Source: Octopus bimaculoides (Eukaryota). From it: 64,000 nucleotides of DNA. Under the pieces are notes generated by a model, which saw only the letters and a list, made by a program, of their open reading frames with translations, had not been told where the DNA came from and searched no databases. Position numbers and translations under genes: made by a program. Positions 50,786-64,000 of the stretch are shown in pieces (within the stretch, counting starts at the first letter, position 1; each line of letters starts with the position of its first letter). The stretch lies in NCBI RefSeq assembly GCF_001194135.2, contig NC_068983.1, positions 59,602,508 to 59,666,507 on the forward strand, written 5' to 3'.

Positions 50786-52925
50786 CCTATATACATCATT
50801 GACAAGCTTGATATTGGTCAGCACCAGTCAGCTTGTAGTAAAGAGGCAGCTGATTGAACAATTTAAATGGCTACCATATCTTTATTATAGGCATAATCAT
50901 GAAAACCACTTCCCCACCATATGGTTTAAGGTTTAGTTCCACAGTGTGTCACCTTTGGCAAGTGTTTGCTACTATAACCCTGGCCTTATAAATGAATTTA
51001 GTAAATGTTAATTGAAAGAAGCTTATCTTGTATACATATATATGTGTGTGTATGCTTATTTGTTCTTGTCTTGGCAGACTCCAATGATAGATGTGTGCAT
51101 TACCATCATGCAAGTTGTGTCATTCATTTCCATGAAAGTATGTTCAACCAAGAGGAAGCAGTACCTTGCTTGGAAACAGGTGGGATTGGCAACAAAACAG
51201 GAAATGCAATGGGCCATAGAACATCTCTTTCAAAGAATTTCATCTCATCAATGCAAGCATGGAATAGTTGGCTTTAAGTACTTAATATATGTAGCTTCTA
51301 TTTTAAATGTAATTTTCTGATAGCAGTTTTTTTTTTGTTTTTTTTTTCACCTATACCCAGTTGGGGTTTGAATAATCAATCTTTAATAAGCAGAGAAGAT
51401 TTGTATCCAGTATATCATTCCAGTGTAGATTTACTTCAGTTAATACATATATGGTTCAATATGAAGCAATACTAGCACTCAAAACAAATCATGAAATTTA
51501 TGTCATTAATATTTCATGAAATTAGAATAAAATCTTGTTTGTTTCATTTGATAAGAAATTTTTGAAAATTGTTCATAATATATGCCATTAACTAATTTTT
51601 GCAAATTACAAAATTTCCATTCAACAGTTTTAATGCTTTTTGTGATTATCTGCATTTTCTCACTATAATCTCTGTAAATATATTAAAAATAAATGAAGTA
51701 ATATATATGTCTGATATAGCACCACCTGATGGAATCTATTAAATCAAGCTTTCTGGTATCATAACCCAATAAAGCAGGGAGTTGTTATTGATGAAGATAT
51801 ATCCAGATAAAGATGGTTTGTCTGGTATCCCTTGAAGAAATGTATCCTGATATAGATGTAGAAACACATGCACACACACACTCACACACACATACACATG
51901 CACAAGCACACACTCACACATATACACACATATCTTTCATCTAAAAATCTGTCTTAGTACTTTTCAAGAAAAAATTTAAACCAGAAACATCATGATTAAT
52001 ATTAGTCACATATAAGTTATATATGTGCAACAGTATTAGGACAGTAAGCAATATTCCAAACTAAAAACACACAGACAGACACACATAAATAGGTACATTT
52101 ATTCCTTTACATAGAGATTAAAAAAATTGAAACATTAATGCAAAGAAACATAAATCGTAACTGAAATACACACATAGATATACCATTAAAAGCATCAGCA
52201 TTTGCAGGTGGAGGAGGGAAAGAAAAAAGCAACTCCTCCCATAACATTTTTCTCTTGAAAACATTTATATTCTCAATGAATGAAACATGTGTAAGCACTC
52301 AGTCATGCATACACATAGCAAATATACACATAAGAAGTGCCATCTAAGTATATCAGGTGATAATATTCAGATACACAAATATAGGAATACAAAAAATACA
52401 AATATACATTGCCACAAACAGCTCTTTGGTTCATACACCTATTTATGCACCACACGTATAGATATCGCAGGGTAATAAATAGTCAACTTAACACACATAA
52501 AATACAAACATTATTTTCTCATAAAAAATATGTACTCAAACTTAGACTTGTTTGATATTACGCATAGTCACACACATATATTACCACAGGCATCGATATA
52601 GGCAGATTTAGACATTTAGACACTAACATTGAATATACTATCATATGGAAAAAATCATCTATGCAGTCGATACTTTATATAAATACCTAAATACGTGTAC
52701 GTGTATACATAGAAATGTTTCTGAACTTATATCATAAATATGTTTGTCCATGAAACAAAACATAAACGTTCATTTGAATGTGATTGCACACTCATACATT
52801 AGTTTACGTGAGCACATTATTACATTCAAGCAACACATACACATGGTGCATGCCCATATGCACAAATAAAACACGAAATTCGTTGACAAACAACATTCTT
52901 GTATAAACTCTCATGCACACACATA

Positions 52926-52960
<35 letters not shown>

Positions 52961-53926
52961 AATACATTCACACATGCATAATCTCACAAAAGTTCACTTG
53001 AATAAAAATACATGCTCATAAAAAAAAAACCACATTTCACATATACATACATTTGTTAAAACACGTGAATATTGAAATGTAAGACAAGGTTAGACATCTA
53101 ATTATATACAGGAACACAGATATATTTAGACAAAAATCAGAGGTTGGTTTGTTTATTTAATCCCCCAAAATTTTATAGAAGTAATTGACATAAGAATTCG
53201 TTTTCATTCTATAATGTTAACTTTCACTTAGCACAGAATTCTTTCTTTGATGATGAGTTATTTTGCAGAAAATATTAATGTCTTTTGATGTCGTTACAGT
53301 TGCATCGTATGCCAGCAAGAGAATTCTAGAGTCATAACTAAATTAATTTTCATTTTGCTATTCAATGTTATTCCATTTATTAAAATTTTCTCTGCTTTAT
53401 TTTTTTTAAATACTGAACATTTATACAAAGCTCTTTACAATTTCTACGAAATTATGCAGCTACATCCTTTCTTCTCCTTCTCTCAGTTACTCTTATCAGA
53501 TGCATATACATATATGAAATTATTTTTGAGAGAGAGAGAGAGAGAGCAAAAAAGAGAAACAAAAGACAGAAAGAAAAAGAGATAGATAGATATAGAGAGA
53601 GAGAATGAGTATGTTTGTGTGTCTATGAGTGTGTGTGTGTATGCATGCTTATGTGGGTACATAATTATTTGAAGCACTAGATAGTATGATACCTGAATAA
53701 GTTCTCTGTATAAAATCATATGTGATATTGAAAACAACATACAAATAATGAAAATATATTTCATTTTCCTGTAGAATAATTTTGAGGTTATAACCCCAAG
53801 TATTTCCGGCAAATCATGTACATAATTAGATATGTATGTACATTTGTATGTATGCATACATCTATTTCTGCATGCGCATATATATATATATATATATATA
53901 TANNNNNNNNNNNNNNNNNNNNNNNN

Positions 53927-53985
<59 letters not shown>

Positions 53986-54559
53986 ATGTATGTATGTATG
54001 AGTGCATGTTTGTATACATAGGGGTGTGTGTGTGGATAGATAAATCTATTTGCATGTATATGTATGTGTAAATGTGTGTGCATTAATAAGTGAATGACAG
54101 AAGAACAGATGTTGTATAATCACTTTCATTAGCTTACAGCTGTTACTACTATAAGGAACTGTTTACCCAGAGTCATGTACCAACTTATAGCTTCCTCAGA
54201 GCCATTTCAATAAAGTGTTTCTTTGTTTGGGAAACGATTTAGATATATAGATGGTCACATATTGACACACAAATACAATAGACACCTATGTAATATAGAC
54301 ATAGATGTAATATAATAAACTTTGGTAGATGTAAAGATAAATTACTGAAAAGTTATTCTTCTATCGTTTTGGTAATTTATATGCTGTGTATATTCTGTAA
54401 AGTGTTTGACAATTGAAAGGGTACCCAGCTATAGAAACAAAACAAATGAACACAGGTACCAGTCTATGGGAACAGTGGCTCTCAATAGTAAATAACTCAG
54501 AAAAGGTTGACCTATCCAACCCATGCCAGCATGAAAACAAATTACATATGGTCTGTAAA

Positions 54560-55180
54560 CATAACACAAGATTGAACAGTGTTGGGAAGCAATAAATTTG
54601 GGGAGGTGAAGGAGCACATATACTTAGAACAGATAGTAAATATATGCAGAGACATGAAAACTGAAATGGCATGTAAATTAAAAGGAGAATGGAAAGGGTT
54701 TGCCTCATTTAAACAGGTGCATGTAGCAAAACTGAACATGACCTTGAATTCCAGTCTCTACAATAATACCATTCTTCCTGTGCAGGTTAGATGTGGACTG
54801 CTTCAAAGATGGAAGATCAATGATTAGGTATGATCAAGTGGGCCACAGAATGGTCCATGCTAGGAATGTCAGTGTGTATGTGTGGGGGATTATATCTGAA
54901 ATGAGATAATTTAAGAATAGAGTGGAGTAAATTCTGTGATGGTTGAATACTGGAAGCATGTTTCACTGAGTTGGACATGTTGCAAGATTCACAGATAATA
55001 GGTGCGATTGTTGAAAGGCTTCCAAGAGGTTTGAGAGATAAAAAAAACACTCAGCAAATGTACCAAAAAAATGTGGAGACAACAATATGATTCAAACAAT
55101 ATGAGTTAAAACAGAAGAAAAATATACAATCAAGAAGAGAATGAAGGTGCATAATGGTTAGAAATGTTTAGGGACATCTG
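54560..55180 (+). mobile_element. Decayed RTE-clade LINE (RTE-1/BovB-like, distinct family) RT C-terminus
   Basis: EVKEHIYLEQIVNICRDMKTE...W...F...NTILP, then the remnants of W.GHVARFTDNR and RLPRGL-type motifs across frameshifts. Confidence 0.7.
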
Positions 55181-55210
55181 ATAATCTGGTTGAGGAAGAG
55201 ATAGTTTGGT

Positions 55211-55263
<53 letters not shown>

Positions 55264-55741
55264 NNNNNNNNNNNNNNNNNNNNNNNNNNNNNNNNNNNNN
55301 NNNNNNNNNNNNNNNNNNNNNNNNNNNNNNNNNNNNNNNNNNNNNNNNNNNNNNNNNNNNNNNNNNNNNNNNNNNNNNNNNNNNNNNNNNNNNNNNNNNN
55401 NNNNNNNNNNNNNNNNNNNNNNNNNNNNNNNNNNNNNNNNNNNNNNNNNNNNNNNNNNNNNNNNNNNNNNNNNNNNNNNNNNNNNNNNNNNNNNNNNNNN
55501 NNNNNNNNNNNNNNNNNNNNNNNNNNNNNNNNNNNNNNNNNNNNNNNNNNNNNNNNNNNNNNNNNNNNNNNNNNNNNNNNNNNNNNNNNNNNNNNNNNNN
55601 NNNNNNNNNNNNNNNNNNNNNNNNNNNNNNNNNNNNNNNNNNNNNNNNNNNNNNNNNNNNNNNNNNNNNNNNNNNNNNNNNNNNNNNNNNNNNNNNNNNN
55701 NNNNNNNNNNNNNNNNNNNNNNNNNNNNNNNNNNNNNNNNN

Positions 55742-55779
<38 letters not shown>

Positions 55780-55844
55780 CTTGTTGAAGCAACACACAAA
55801 TTTACATAATCTTGCAAACCAAATGCAAAAATGAAGTGTCATCA

Positions 55845-56860
55845 TCGTTTAAATGTCTGCTTTCCATGCTGGCATGGGTTATATGATTTGACTGAGGACT
55901 CGCAAGCCAGGAAGTTGTACCAGGCTCCAATCTGATCTGGCAAGGTTTCTACTGCTGGATGCCTTACACCAACCACTTCAAGAGTGCAGTGGATGTTTTT
56001 TACATGCTACTGGCATGGGTGCTAATCAGGCAGTACTGGCATCAGCCACGACAATGATTTCATTTGATTCAACAGGTCTTCTCAAGCACAGTATATTGCC
56101 CAGTGATTGAAGGGTGCTCTTAAATGTGCTGGTTATGCGACACTGGCATAAACCATGGTTATGGTCTCACTTTGCATATCTTCAATGATCTCGGTTGCTT
56201 GTCATTGCCTCCATGAGGCCCAATGTTCGAAGGTCATGCTTCACCACCTCATCCCATGTCTTCCTGGGTCTACCTCTTCCACAGGTTTCCTCCACTGTTA
56301 GGATGTGACACTTTTTCATACAACTGTCTTCATCCATATGCAACACATGACCATACCAGCACAGTTGTTTCTCTTGCACACCACATCTGATGCTTCTTAT
56401 GTCCAATTTTTCTCTCAGGGTGCTTACACTCTGCTGTGTATGTACACTGACATTACACGTCCAGCGGAGCATACTAGCTTCATTTCTTGCAATCATACAC
56501 ACGTCCTCAGCAGTTACAGCCCATGTTTCACTACCATGTAGCATGGCTGTTCGCACACATGCGTCATGCTGTCTACCTTTTACTCTGAGCGAGAGGCCCT
56601 TTGTTACCAGCAGAGATAGGAGCTCTCTGAACTTTGCCCTGACTATTCTTATTTAGCAGCTGCACTCTTATTCTATTCTTATTCTAACAGCTATGCTCTT
56701 GGTCACCTAGGTAATGGAAACTGTCATCTACTTCTAGTTTTTCCCCATGGCATGTGATGGAAGCTGTTCTCTGCACATTTTCAGTGTTTATTGCCCCTGT
56801 GCATCTGGCACACACAAAAACTATCTTTCCACGAAGATATATGATATGATATGATAGGTT
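55845..56860 (-). mobile_element. 5'-truncated RTE LINE with 3' tail
   Basis: ORF 56182-56556: RTAMLHGSETWAV...WYGHVL...GRGRPRKTWDEVVKHDLR. Upstream EKLEVDDSFHYLGDQ. Tail ends in (GAT)n. Confidence 0.92.
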
Positions 56861-58315
56861 TGATAATACAAACAGGAAACTAGAACTCACTAGATGAGTA
56901 TATATGTATATGTTTAACTTCTGCTGGCTAAGAAAAAGAAATATATTACACAATGTGTGTGTATAATATATTTGTATATAATGTGTGTGTGTGTGTGTGT
57001 GTATAAAGAGAGAGAGAGAGAAAAACAGACAGGTAGACAGACAGAGTGGGAGAGAGAAAGAGAGGTGGACCATGAAAGAGTTAGTGAGAAGTAAGCATGC
57101 ACACACACACAAGCATAGATGTATATAAATGTCACACTAAGTATTTTATGGTCTACCTCTATTTGGCTGTTTTTCACTTTTAACTGATGACATTTTTCTA
57201 CCCATCCTGGTTTTGTCTTTCTCATTTCAAACCAGTTTGTTTTGTCCTTGTATCAAAATATAATGAGAAATGTCCATTTCAGTTCCAGTTCAATAATCTT
57301 GTCTTGCTTACTTCAGCAAATAAATTGATGTTTAACTGCTTGCACAATTCACTGTTACTGAAAGTATACACACACACACTCATGTGTGTGTGTGCTTATT
57401 TGTTGAGGGTCTTTTGGGGGGTTTTTTGTACAAAGTCTATGACTGAATTATAATTTTTTCCCTCAGCAGGGCAGCTTGATTGTCCATCATTAAAATTGAA
57501 ATAGTTAATTACATTACACACAGTCTAGTTTTCGAAAGAGGTGAGAAAAATATTATTAATTATTTCTAGTTCAGTTTCATCACATATATAAAAATTAGTT
57601 TTTAATGACATGTTGGGGCCCTCGATAATACAGATTATAACCACAATGGTTGAATACATCTGCTGCTGCTGTTGGTAGGAATGCTACAATTCAGTTTAAT
57701 TTTAGATTGTTTTTAAGAAAGATGAGAATTTTCTTCAATTTTTCTTCACTTAAGTTCATATGCATATTTTGACAATCAAAAAATGAGATTAGATGCTCTG
57801 AAAGCTTTCTGATCAAAAACAGAAAAGGTTGAAAAAAGTTCTCCTAGGACTACATGTTCAGACAGAATGCTGGTGGATAACTGGAAATGGAAGCAACAGC
57901 AGATCATTGGTGCAAATATGTGTGCATGTATGTACCTGATGTGTGAGTGCAAGTATCTGGTGCATGTATGTATTGGCTACACATTTGTGCATGTATGTGT
58001 GCACCAGCCAGTCTCATTTATGTAAATGCAGAGCTGTTTGTTCTCAGTAACCTCTTTTATATATTTTCTAAAGTACAATTCTTCATTGCTATAAAAGCTT
58101 AACTTCCATTTTTTTGGTATACCTTTGAGATTTGTTCTTGTTTATTTTTCCTGTCATATTTCCTGATATTAACCATGATGACAAAGTATACTTCCAAAGT
58201 TACCATCAAACGATGGTAACACTTTAGTATTATTACATTTTTCTACTTATTTAAAAGAATTCACAACAAATTTGATATAACTTCACCTTATCCCCCATCC
58301 CTGGTAGAAAATATT

Positions 58316-58521
58316 GGTTTCAAATTTTGGCACAATTTCAGGAAGGAGATCAGTTGATTACATCGACTCCAGTGCTCAATTGGTACTTATTTTATCAAGC
58401 CCGAAAGGATGAAAGGCAAAAATGACCTTGGTGGAATTTGAGACAGAGTGTAAAGACAGACAAAATGCTGCTAAGCATTTTTGTCTGGTGTGCTGGTTTT
58501 GCCAGCTCACTACCTTAAAGT
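58316..58521 (-). mobile_element. SINE family B with 15-bp TSD
   Basis: CTGGTAG(A/G)AAATATT at 58301-58315 and 58522-58536. Confidence 0.88.
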
Positions 58522-58557
58522 CTGGTAGGAAATATTAATCTTATGGGCTTGTCTCTT

Positions 58558-58865
58558 ATCATCATCATCATCATCATCATCATTTAAACATCCACTTTTC
58601 ATGCTGACATGGGTTGGACAGTTTGACTGAGGACTGGCAAGCCGAGAGGATGCACCAGGCTGAAATCTGATCTGGCAAGGTTTCTACAGCTGGATGCCCT
58701 TCCTAATGCCAACCACTCTGAGAGTGAAGTGAGTGCTTTTTACACGCCACTGGCACAGGAGCTAGTTACGCAGCACTGGTGCTTTTTATGTACCACCAGC
58801 ATGGGTGCCAGTCAGGTGGCACTGGCATCAGTCACACTTGAATGGCGCTTTTTATATGCCACCAG
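58558..58865 (-). mobile_element. Family C retroposon
   Basis: (CAT)n tail, CATGCTGACATGGGTTGGACAG, GTGCTTTT.A.GCCAC units. Confidence 0.82.
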
Positions 58866-60699
58866 CACAATTTGTTTACATTGCAGTAACCTAGTAGTTC
58901 AGCAAAAGAGACCAATAGAAGTACCAAACTTTAAAAAACAAGTCCTTTAAAAAAAAATTTCAAAATTTCTATTATATACTAGAAATTTCTATTAGTTTTT
59001 AATTTGTGATTAATTCTATTTTAAAATGCTTATAAATCTATCTCTACCTGTTATTTTTTTATCTTTTACTTGTTTCAGTCAACTGCCTAATGAAATGATG
59101 ACTTAATGGAATAAATTGCTTTTTAATGTTGCCAGCATTAATTTTGTAAATATGCAAGAGAGATTAATTCATAACCTACTATGCCTGAAGTACAGAGATA
59201 ATGTGTTTTGCTGTATAATTTCCTTCTCAATATATTGGAGTGGTATCAGGATATTCAATGCCTAAGGCCAGTCCTACACGTAATGTGTACTCCTCTCTCC
59301 CAGCATAAAATATGTATCCCTTTTGTCAGCTCTATTATGTATACCCACTTCTAACCCTGTAAGTTTCATCTCCTCTGATCCCTACAGTGGGCCCTCTTTT
59401 CTTCCATCCCTTCAATGTGTACCCCCTTCTTTCAGCTCAAAAATGTTTTTCTCTCTTCTCCCAGGCTTTTGACTGGGGACTGGTGAACCGGATGATCATT
59501 CTAAAAACAAACAATCAAATCATTGAAGTCTAGAAGCTATAATATAATACAAGATTAATTCAAAATGATGTGAATAAATAAGCATTATATTTGGAAGAGT
59601 AATCTGCCTGTTAAAGGGTTAAAATAAGTCTAACCAAGATAAGCTTTTCCTTATACAGATTTCGTAAAAAGGGGAAGTTTCACTTTGATTTAAGTTTCCA
59701 AAAATGACTTTTTTTTTTTTTTTTTTGGGAAAGAAATTCCTAGAGGAAATAACATTATTTATTTCAATTTATTTGTTCAGTTAATTATTTCATTACTTCA
59801 TTAATATTCTTATTGTACTTGTAAATTGGTTATGTGAAGCATAAGAAGTGACCCTTGTAAGGGATATGAGGATGTTAGCTGTCTTATTCATTAACTTGAT
59901 GCCATTTAGTTGAGAAGTTTTCTTCACAATTTTGATTTCCCAGGTCCATATCCATTGAAGGGCATCTTGAGCAAGTGTCTTTTAACATAGCCTTAAGTCA
60001 ACTAAAGTCTTATGATTGAAACTGTGTGTGTACCTAAAAAGTTTACTTCCAAACCACCTGATTTGGAGTTCAGTCCTACTGTATAGCATCATAGGCAAGT
60101 GTCCTCTACTTTGGGCCAGTCAAAATCTGGTGAATGGATTTGGTAGACAGAAAGTGAAGGAAGCCTGTTGTGTATATGATCATCATATCATCATCATTTA
60201 ATGTTTTTTTCCCATGCTAATATGTGTTATTGTCTCCTTGACTTGACATCATATAGTTGTGAACAAGCATTACCAACATAAATGTTTTCAATCTTCCATG
60301 AAAAACATGTCTGTCCATGGGGAAATATTAACTTACTTGGGAACATTTAAAACGGGTGAAAACAGGGAACAGCTGAGGACAGACAGGAAGGACATCTCCC
60401 CATAAAACATTTGCCTCAATGAGTCTTTTTCTGGTCCAAACAAACATGGAAAAGTAGACATTAAAACAATGATGAAGATGATGAATAAAAAGATTGGTAT
60501 TAAAGCAGAGGACTTTAGTAAACATTTTGAGGTATTAATTTGAAAAATAAAAATGAATGCATAGGTAAAGTAATTTATGAAAGAAATTAATGGAAGATAT
60601 ACTATTAAGATGGGAAACCTCTTTACACGACATATTGTCTGTCCAATTCTATTAGAAAACTGAATTCTCAACTCTAGTATTGTCTAATCTTAAACAATA

Positions 60700-61010
60700 T
60701 AACCATTTTCATCACACGTGCCATTCCTCTATTCTACTTTCCTAAAACATAGCTTCTCAATTAGCTGTCATCAAATTAGCTAATTCTCGTCGTGACTTAA
60801 TTCTCGATATTATAACTGGATCAATCACATCAACTTAACCAATCTCATCATTTTAGATAATTCACATATTTTTAATCGCTTGAGACATCACATCAAATGA
60901 TTAGTTCTCAATCTGCTTACTGATTAATTCCTATCGCAAAAGTCTAATTGATATCATTTTCGTTAATTTTTGTCAATTTTGCTTGCCATGTTCATGTAAT
61001 TTCAGCTGTC
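60700..61010. promoter_or_regulatory. Enhancer-like unique sequence (CpG-retaining, homeodomain and E-box motif cluster)
   Basis: Seven CpGs in 60717-60962, CACGTG 60715-60720, many TAAT/ATTA cores. Not recognisable as a repeat. Confidence 0.3.
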
Positions 61011-62269
61011 TATTTCACATCTCTTTGAATAACTAAGTGATTTTTTTTTAAATTTTATTTTTAGTTTTTGAAATAATGTTGTCCATTTTAAGATAGCTGA
61101 CTAATTTGCATCATTTTAACTGTTTACTTTTCATGTAATTAACATATATTAACTTTTTTTTAGTTTGTACAGTTTCAATTGCCTAACCATGCAATACTTT
61201 AGTAGTCTCGCCATCTATTTTCCTCTCTACCCTTTCCTGTCTACAATGTGCTAAGATGAAGCCTAAGCATGAAATTATTCTTGCAGAAGAAAAGTTTCAG
61301 AATCAATATTTTTCTATTTTTCTTTCTTTTTTCTTTATTCTTGAAACCCATCTCATCATGGTTAACGTGCTACTGTCTATGTAATCAGCTGTAATGTACT
61401 TAGTGAAAATAACACTGTAGTTTTGATTAATTTTCTCCCAACATCTTTCATTCTTTGGAAATAAAATACTTTAAATCTTATAGTTTTTGAAAATGTCATT
61501 ATCAAATTCTTATGTACATCTTCAAGAATTACACAATATTATTTTTATTGTGGCATATTGAAGAGTATATAAAAATAATTAAAGCTCAAGTTTTTAATTT
61601 AAGAATATATATATACTTTCCATTTTATTATTTTATGACATGTTTTAAGAGAATATATTATCAAAATTAAATCAATACATTATTTGACTATTATCATAAC
61701 CATAAGTATAAAGAAAGGTATAATTTTGTTTTCATTCTGTATTTCGTATAAAAAAATCTTACTTCATAATTTATACAAAACTAAAACAACTTCAAAGCAA
61801 AGCAGTTTTCAACTTTAAATGAGGAAATGTAATAGTGTTCTTGTAGCTATTTTATGCCAAAAGTAGCTGAGACTGCTCACACTTCATTTACATATTAAAC
61901 AGGTGTTTGTGTTCTATTCATTTTGTTCAATTAAAATGACGTCTGCAAAATTTCTGCTGGAAGCAACGTTTTGTCTAAACAAAAAATGTGGTAATGATAC
62001 TAACAGAAGTTAGGTTGTGAATACTCCAGATTTCATAACTTTAGGTACTGTAGTGAATCCATGATTAAGATGATAAAGACAAAGCTAACAGGTGCTATAA
62101 CATGACCTTAAGCAAGACTCTTTCTTTTCTTTTCACAAAAATTAAGGTATTATTGAAGAATAACAACAACCAAGTTTAATAGATGATCCCTTTCTTAGAT
62201 TAGTAAAAAAATTTTAATAAAACTCAAAAATGGTTTGTTCTCAAAATTAATATCAGTACAATATGGGTG

Positions 62270-62410
62270 TGAGGGTTAGCAGTTTACTTCCCAACCATAT
62301 GGCTTTATGTTCAGTCTTTCTGCATAACACTTTGGACAAGTGTCTTCAACTACAGCCCCAAGCCAACCAAATAGGACTTGGTAGATGGAAACTGGAAATA
62401 CTTCCCGTGT
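62270..62410 (+). mobile_element. SINE family A 5' half, decayed
   Basis: Head plus ACTTTGGACAAGTGTCTT core. Confidence 0.7.
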
Positions 62411-63569
62411 GTGTGTGTGTGTGTGTGTATGTGTTAGATTATCTTGGCATCACATGATAGATGTGAAAATTAGTGCCATTGTCATTACAAGCAGTGTCAT
62501 TCATTTCCAGTATTCTTCAAAAGCATGTCTGACCAAGGGGAAATATTAATTTGCTTGGAAACAGTTGAGGATTGGCGACAGGAAGAGCATCTGGCTGTAG
62601 AAAATCAACCTTGGTGAATTCTATCTGATCCATGCAAACATGAAAAAGTAGATGTTATAATGACAATGACAACAACATTGACAATGATGCTGATGTTCAT
62701 TTATTTTTGTTATTATTTTCAAGTGTTTTATATTCACATTTACTGAAAATTAAAATTTTTTTTAATTTATAGCATAGTTATTGAATAAAATATATTTCCT
62801 GTAAATTTCTCCTTCACATTATACACATTACATTGGTATATATGAAGAGAGAAACATATGTTTGAAGTCAATTATAAAGGAAGTGCTGTCCAAAAATACT
62901 ATTTTTAAATATTGCATTTTTAAAAACAGTAATAAACACATCTGCGAATGTTACACAATTCTAACCTTGAAGTATCTATTTGTCTATACAAGCACAGATT
63001 GAGAAACAAAACAAATTTGATATTTGTTATTTCTTTTGACAATTTACTTTACTTCTAAACACTATTCATTCTACTATAGGTAGATCCTATTTTTAACAAG
63101 AGTGACTGTAAGAAGAAATGCAATGTTACTCGATTAGAAGTACAATGTAATAGCCATGAAGTCGATTCAATTCAGCTGTCTAAACTGCTATTTAATAGAA
63201 ACAATGAAGAAATTTACTTTTTATTCCTCAAATCTTATGTTTATTCTTTTTATAAAGTGCAACTTAATTATTTATATTAAATGTAACTTTATATTGAACT
63301 TAAAGAAATAATAAAGATAGCAATAATATTACATACTTTTCTTGTGATGGCATTTCTGTATCCTTGAGTGCTATGATTTAAACCGTCATAACTATGGAAG
63401 AAAATCAAAGACATAAATGAAATCTTTAATATAATGAAACAAATTCATGTTATGTTTTAAACAAATTTAACTATAGAATGTAATCAAAGAAATAGTCAAA
63501 AAAATTTTTGACATACTACAATGGTGTTATAATAATAATAATAAGAAGAAGAAGAAGAAGAAGAAGAAG

Positions 63570-64000
63570 AAACTTATTGTATACAGTGCTCAGGTGCATT
63601 ACAACTCATCAGAAAAGTAACCAAAACTGCATGAACAGTACATAGAATATGCACAGGAAGCAAACAGTCTACACAAAAAAGAAAAAAATACATTTAGGCA
63701 TCAGGTGGATAATCTTGTGGGTATCTACAAAGTCAGTTGCCAGATGTCAGAGATTTAATGTGTCCATGCCAAGGGAAGCAAGATGTTCATAGTATGGTAG
63801 ATACCCAATGGCAAGTATTCACTGGACACATTTCTGAACAGTTTCCAGGGGATTGATATGCTGAAGAAGACAGGGGTTCCAGACTGGTGATGCAAACTCT
63901 AAGTATGGACATACCATAGTCATATACAGCTTTAAATAGATAGCTAGAGAGCGACTGATAAAAGTCTTACAAAGTGATGCTAAAACATCTTCAGCCTTCT
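63570..64000 (-). mobile_element. 3' end of a CR1/L2-type LINE, continuing beyond the window
   Basis: Minus-strand LYMTMVCPYLEFASPVWNP...LETVQK...LPYYEHLASLGMDTL...THKII, followed by a (CTT)n/(ATT)n tail. Confidence 0.85.

Noticed and set aside
53250-53420. RTGATGA box-C-like words here and near 29853
   Set aside because: No CTGA box D with terminal stem at snoRNA distance.
395-55845. Dozens of ORF-track hits rich in CV, HT, YI, poly-L, poly-I or poly-N
   Set aside because: They are translations of (TG/CA)n, (TA)n, (TACA)n and (ATT)n microsatellites, often spanning N gaps. They are not genes.
59440-59490. Strong-looking acceptor CTCTCTTCTCCCAG with an 18-nt segment
   Set aside because: The putative donor GTGAAC is weak and the downstream sequence is a family C SINE fragment.

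Overview
AT-rich, microsatellite-dense eukaryotic genomic DNA with nine N gaps, most of them next to (TA)n/(CA)n tracts. The SINE/LINE repertoire looks like that of Octopus; this is an inference from repeat recognition, not a database result. I find no supportable intact protein-coding gene. The ORF-track hits are microsatellite translations or decayed transposon ORFs: RTE, CR1-like and R4/Dong-type LINEs, and three Tc1/mariner lineages including one full-length dead DD34D mariner. The window reads like the interior of a very long intron or non-coding part of a large plus-strand gene. The best lead is a recursive-splice (ratchet-point) architecture at 27,808-27,965: a 94-nt AG-free zone, a branch-point motif, a 21-nt pyrimidine tract, CAG|GTAAGT, then a 56-nt cryptic exon closed by CAG|GTAAGA. 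Other leads are nearby microexon/acceptor candidates, several long fold-backs (a pre-miRNA-sized perfect stem, two ~155-nt palindromes, a tail-to-tail SINE hairpin that could be an ADAR substrate, and a locally templated inverted insertion), RLE retrotransposons apparently targeting (CATA)n and (TAA)n microsatellites, and CpG-retaining patches with promoter- or enhancer-like motifs. Repeat boundaries are approximate unless TSD/TIR-defined.
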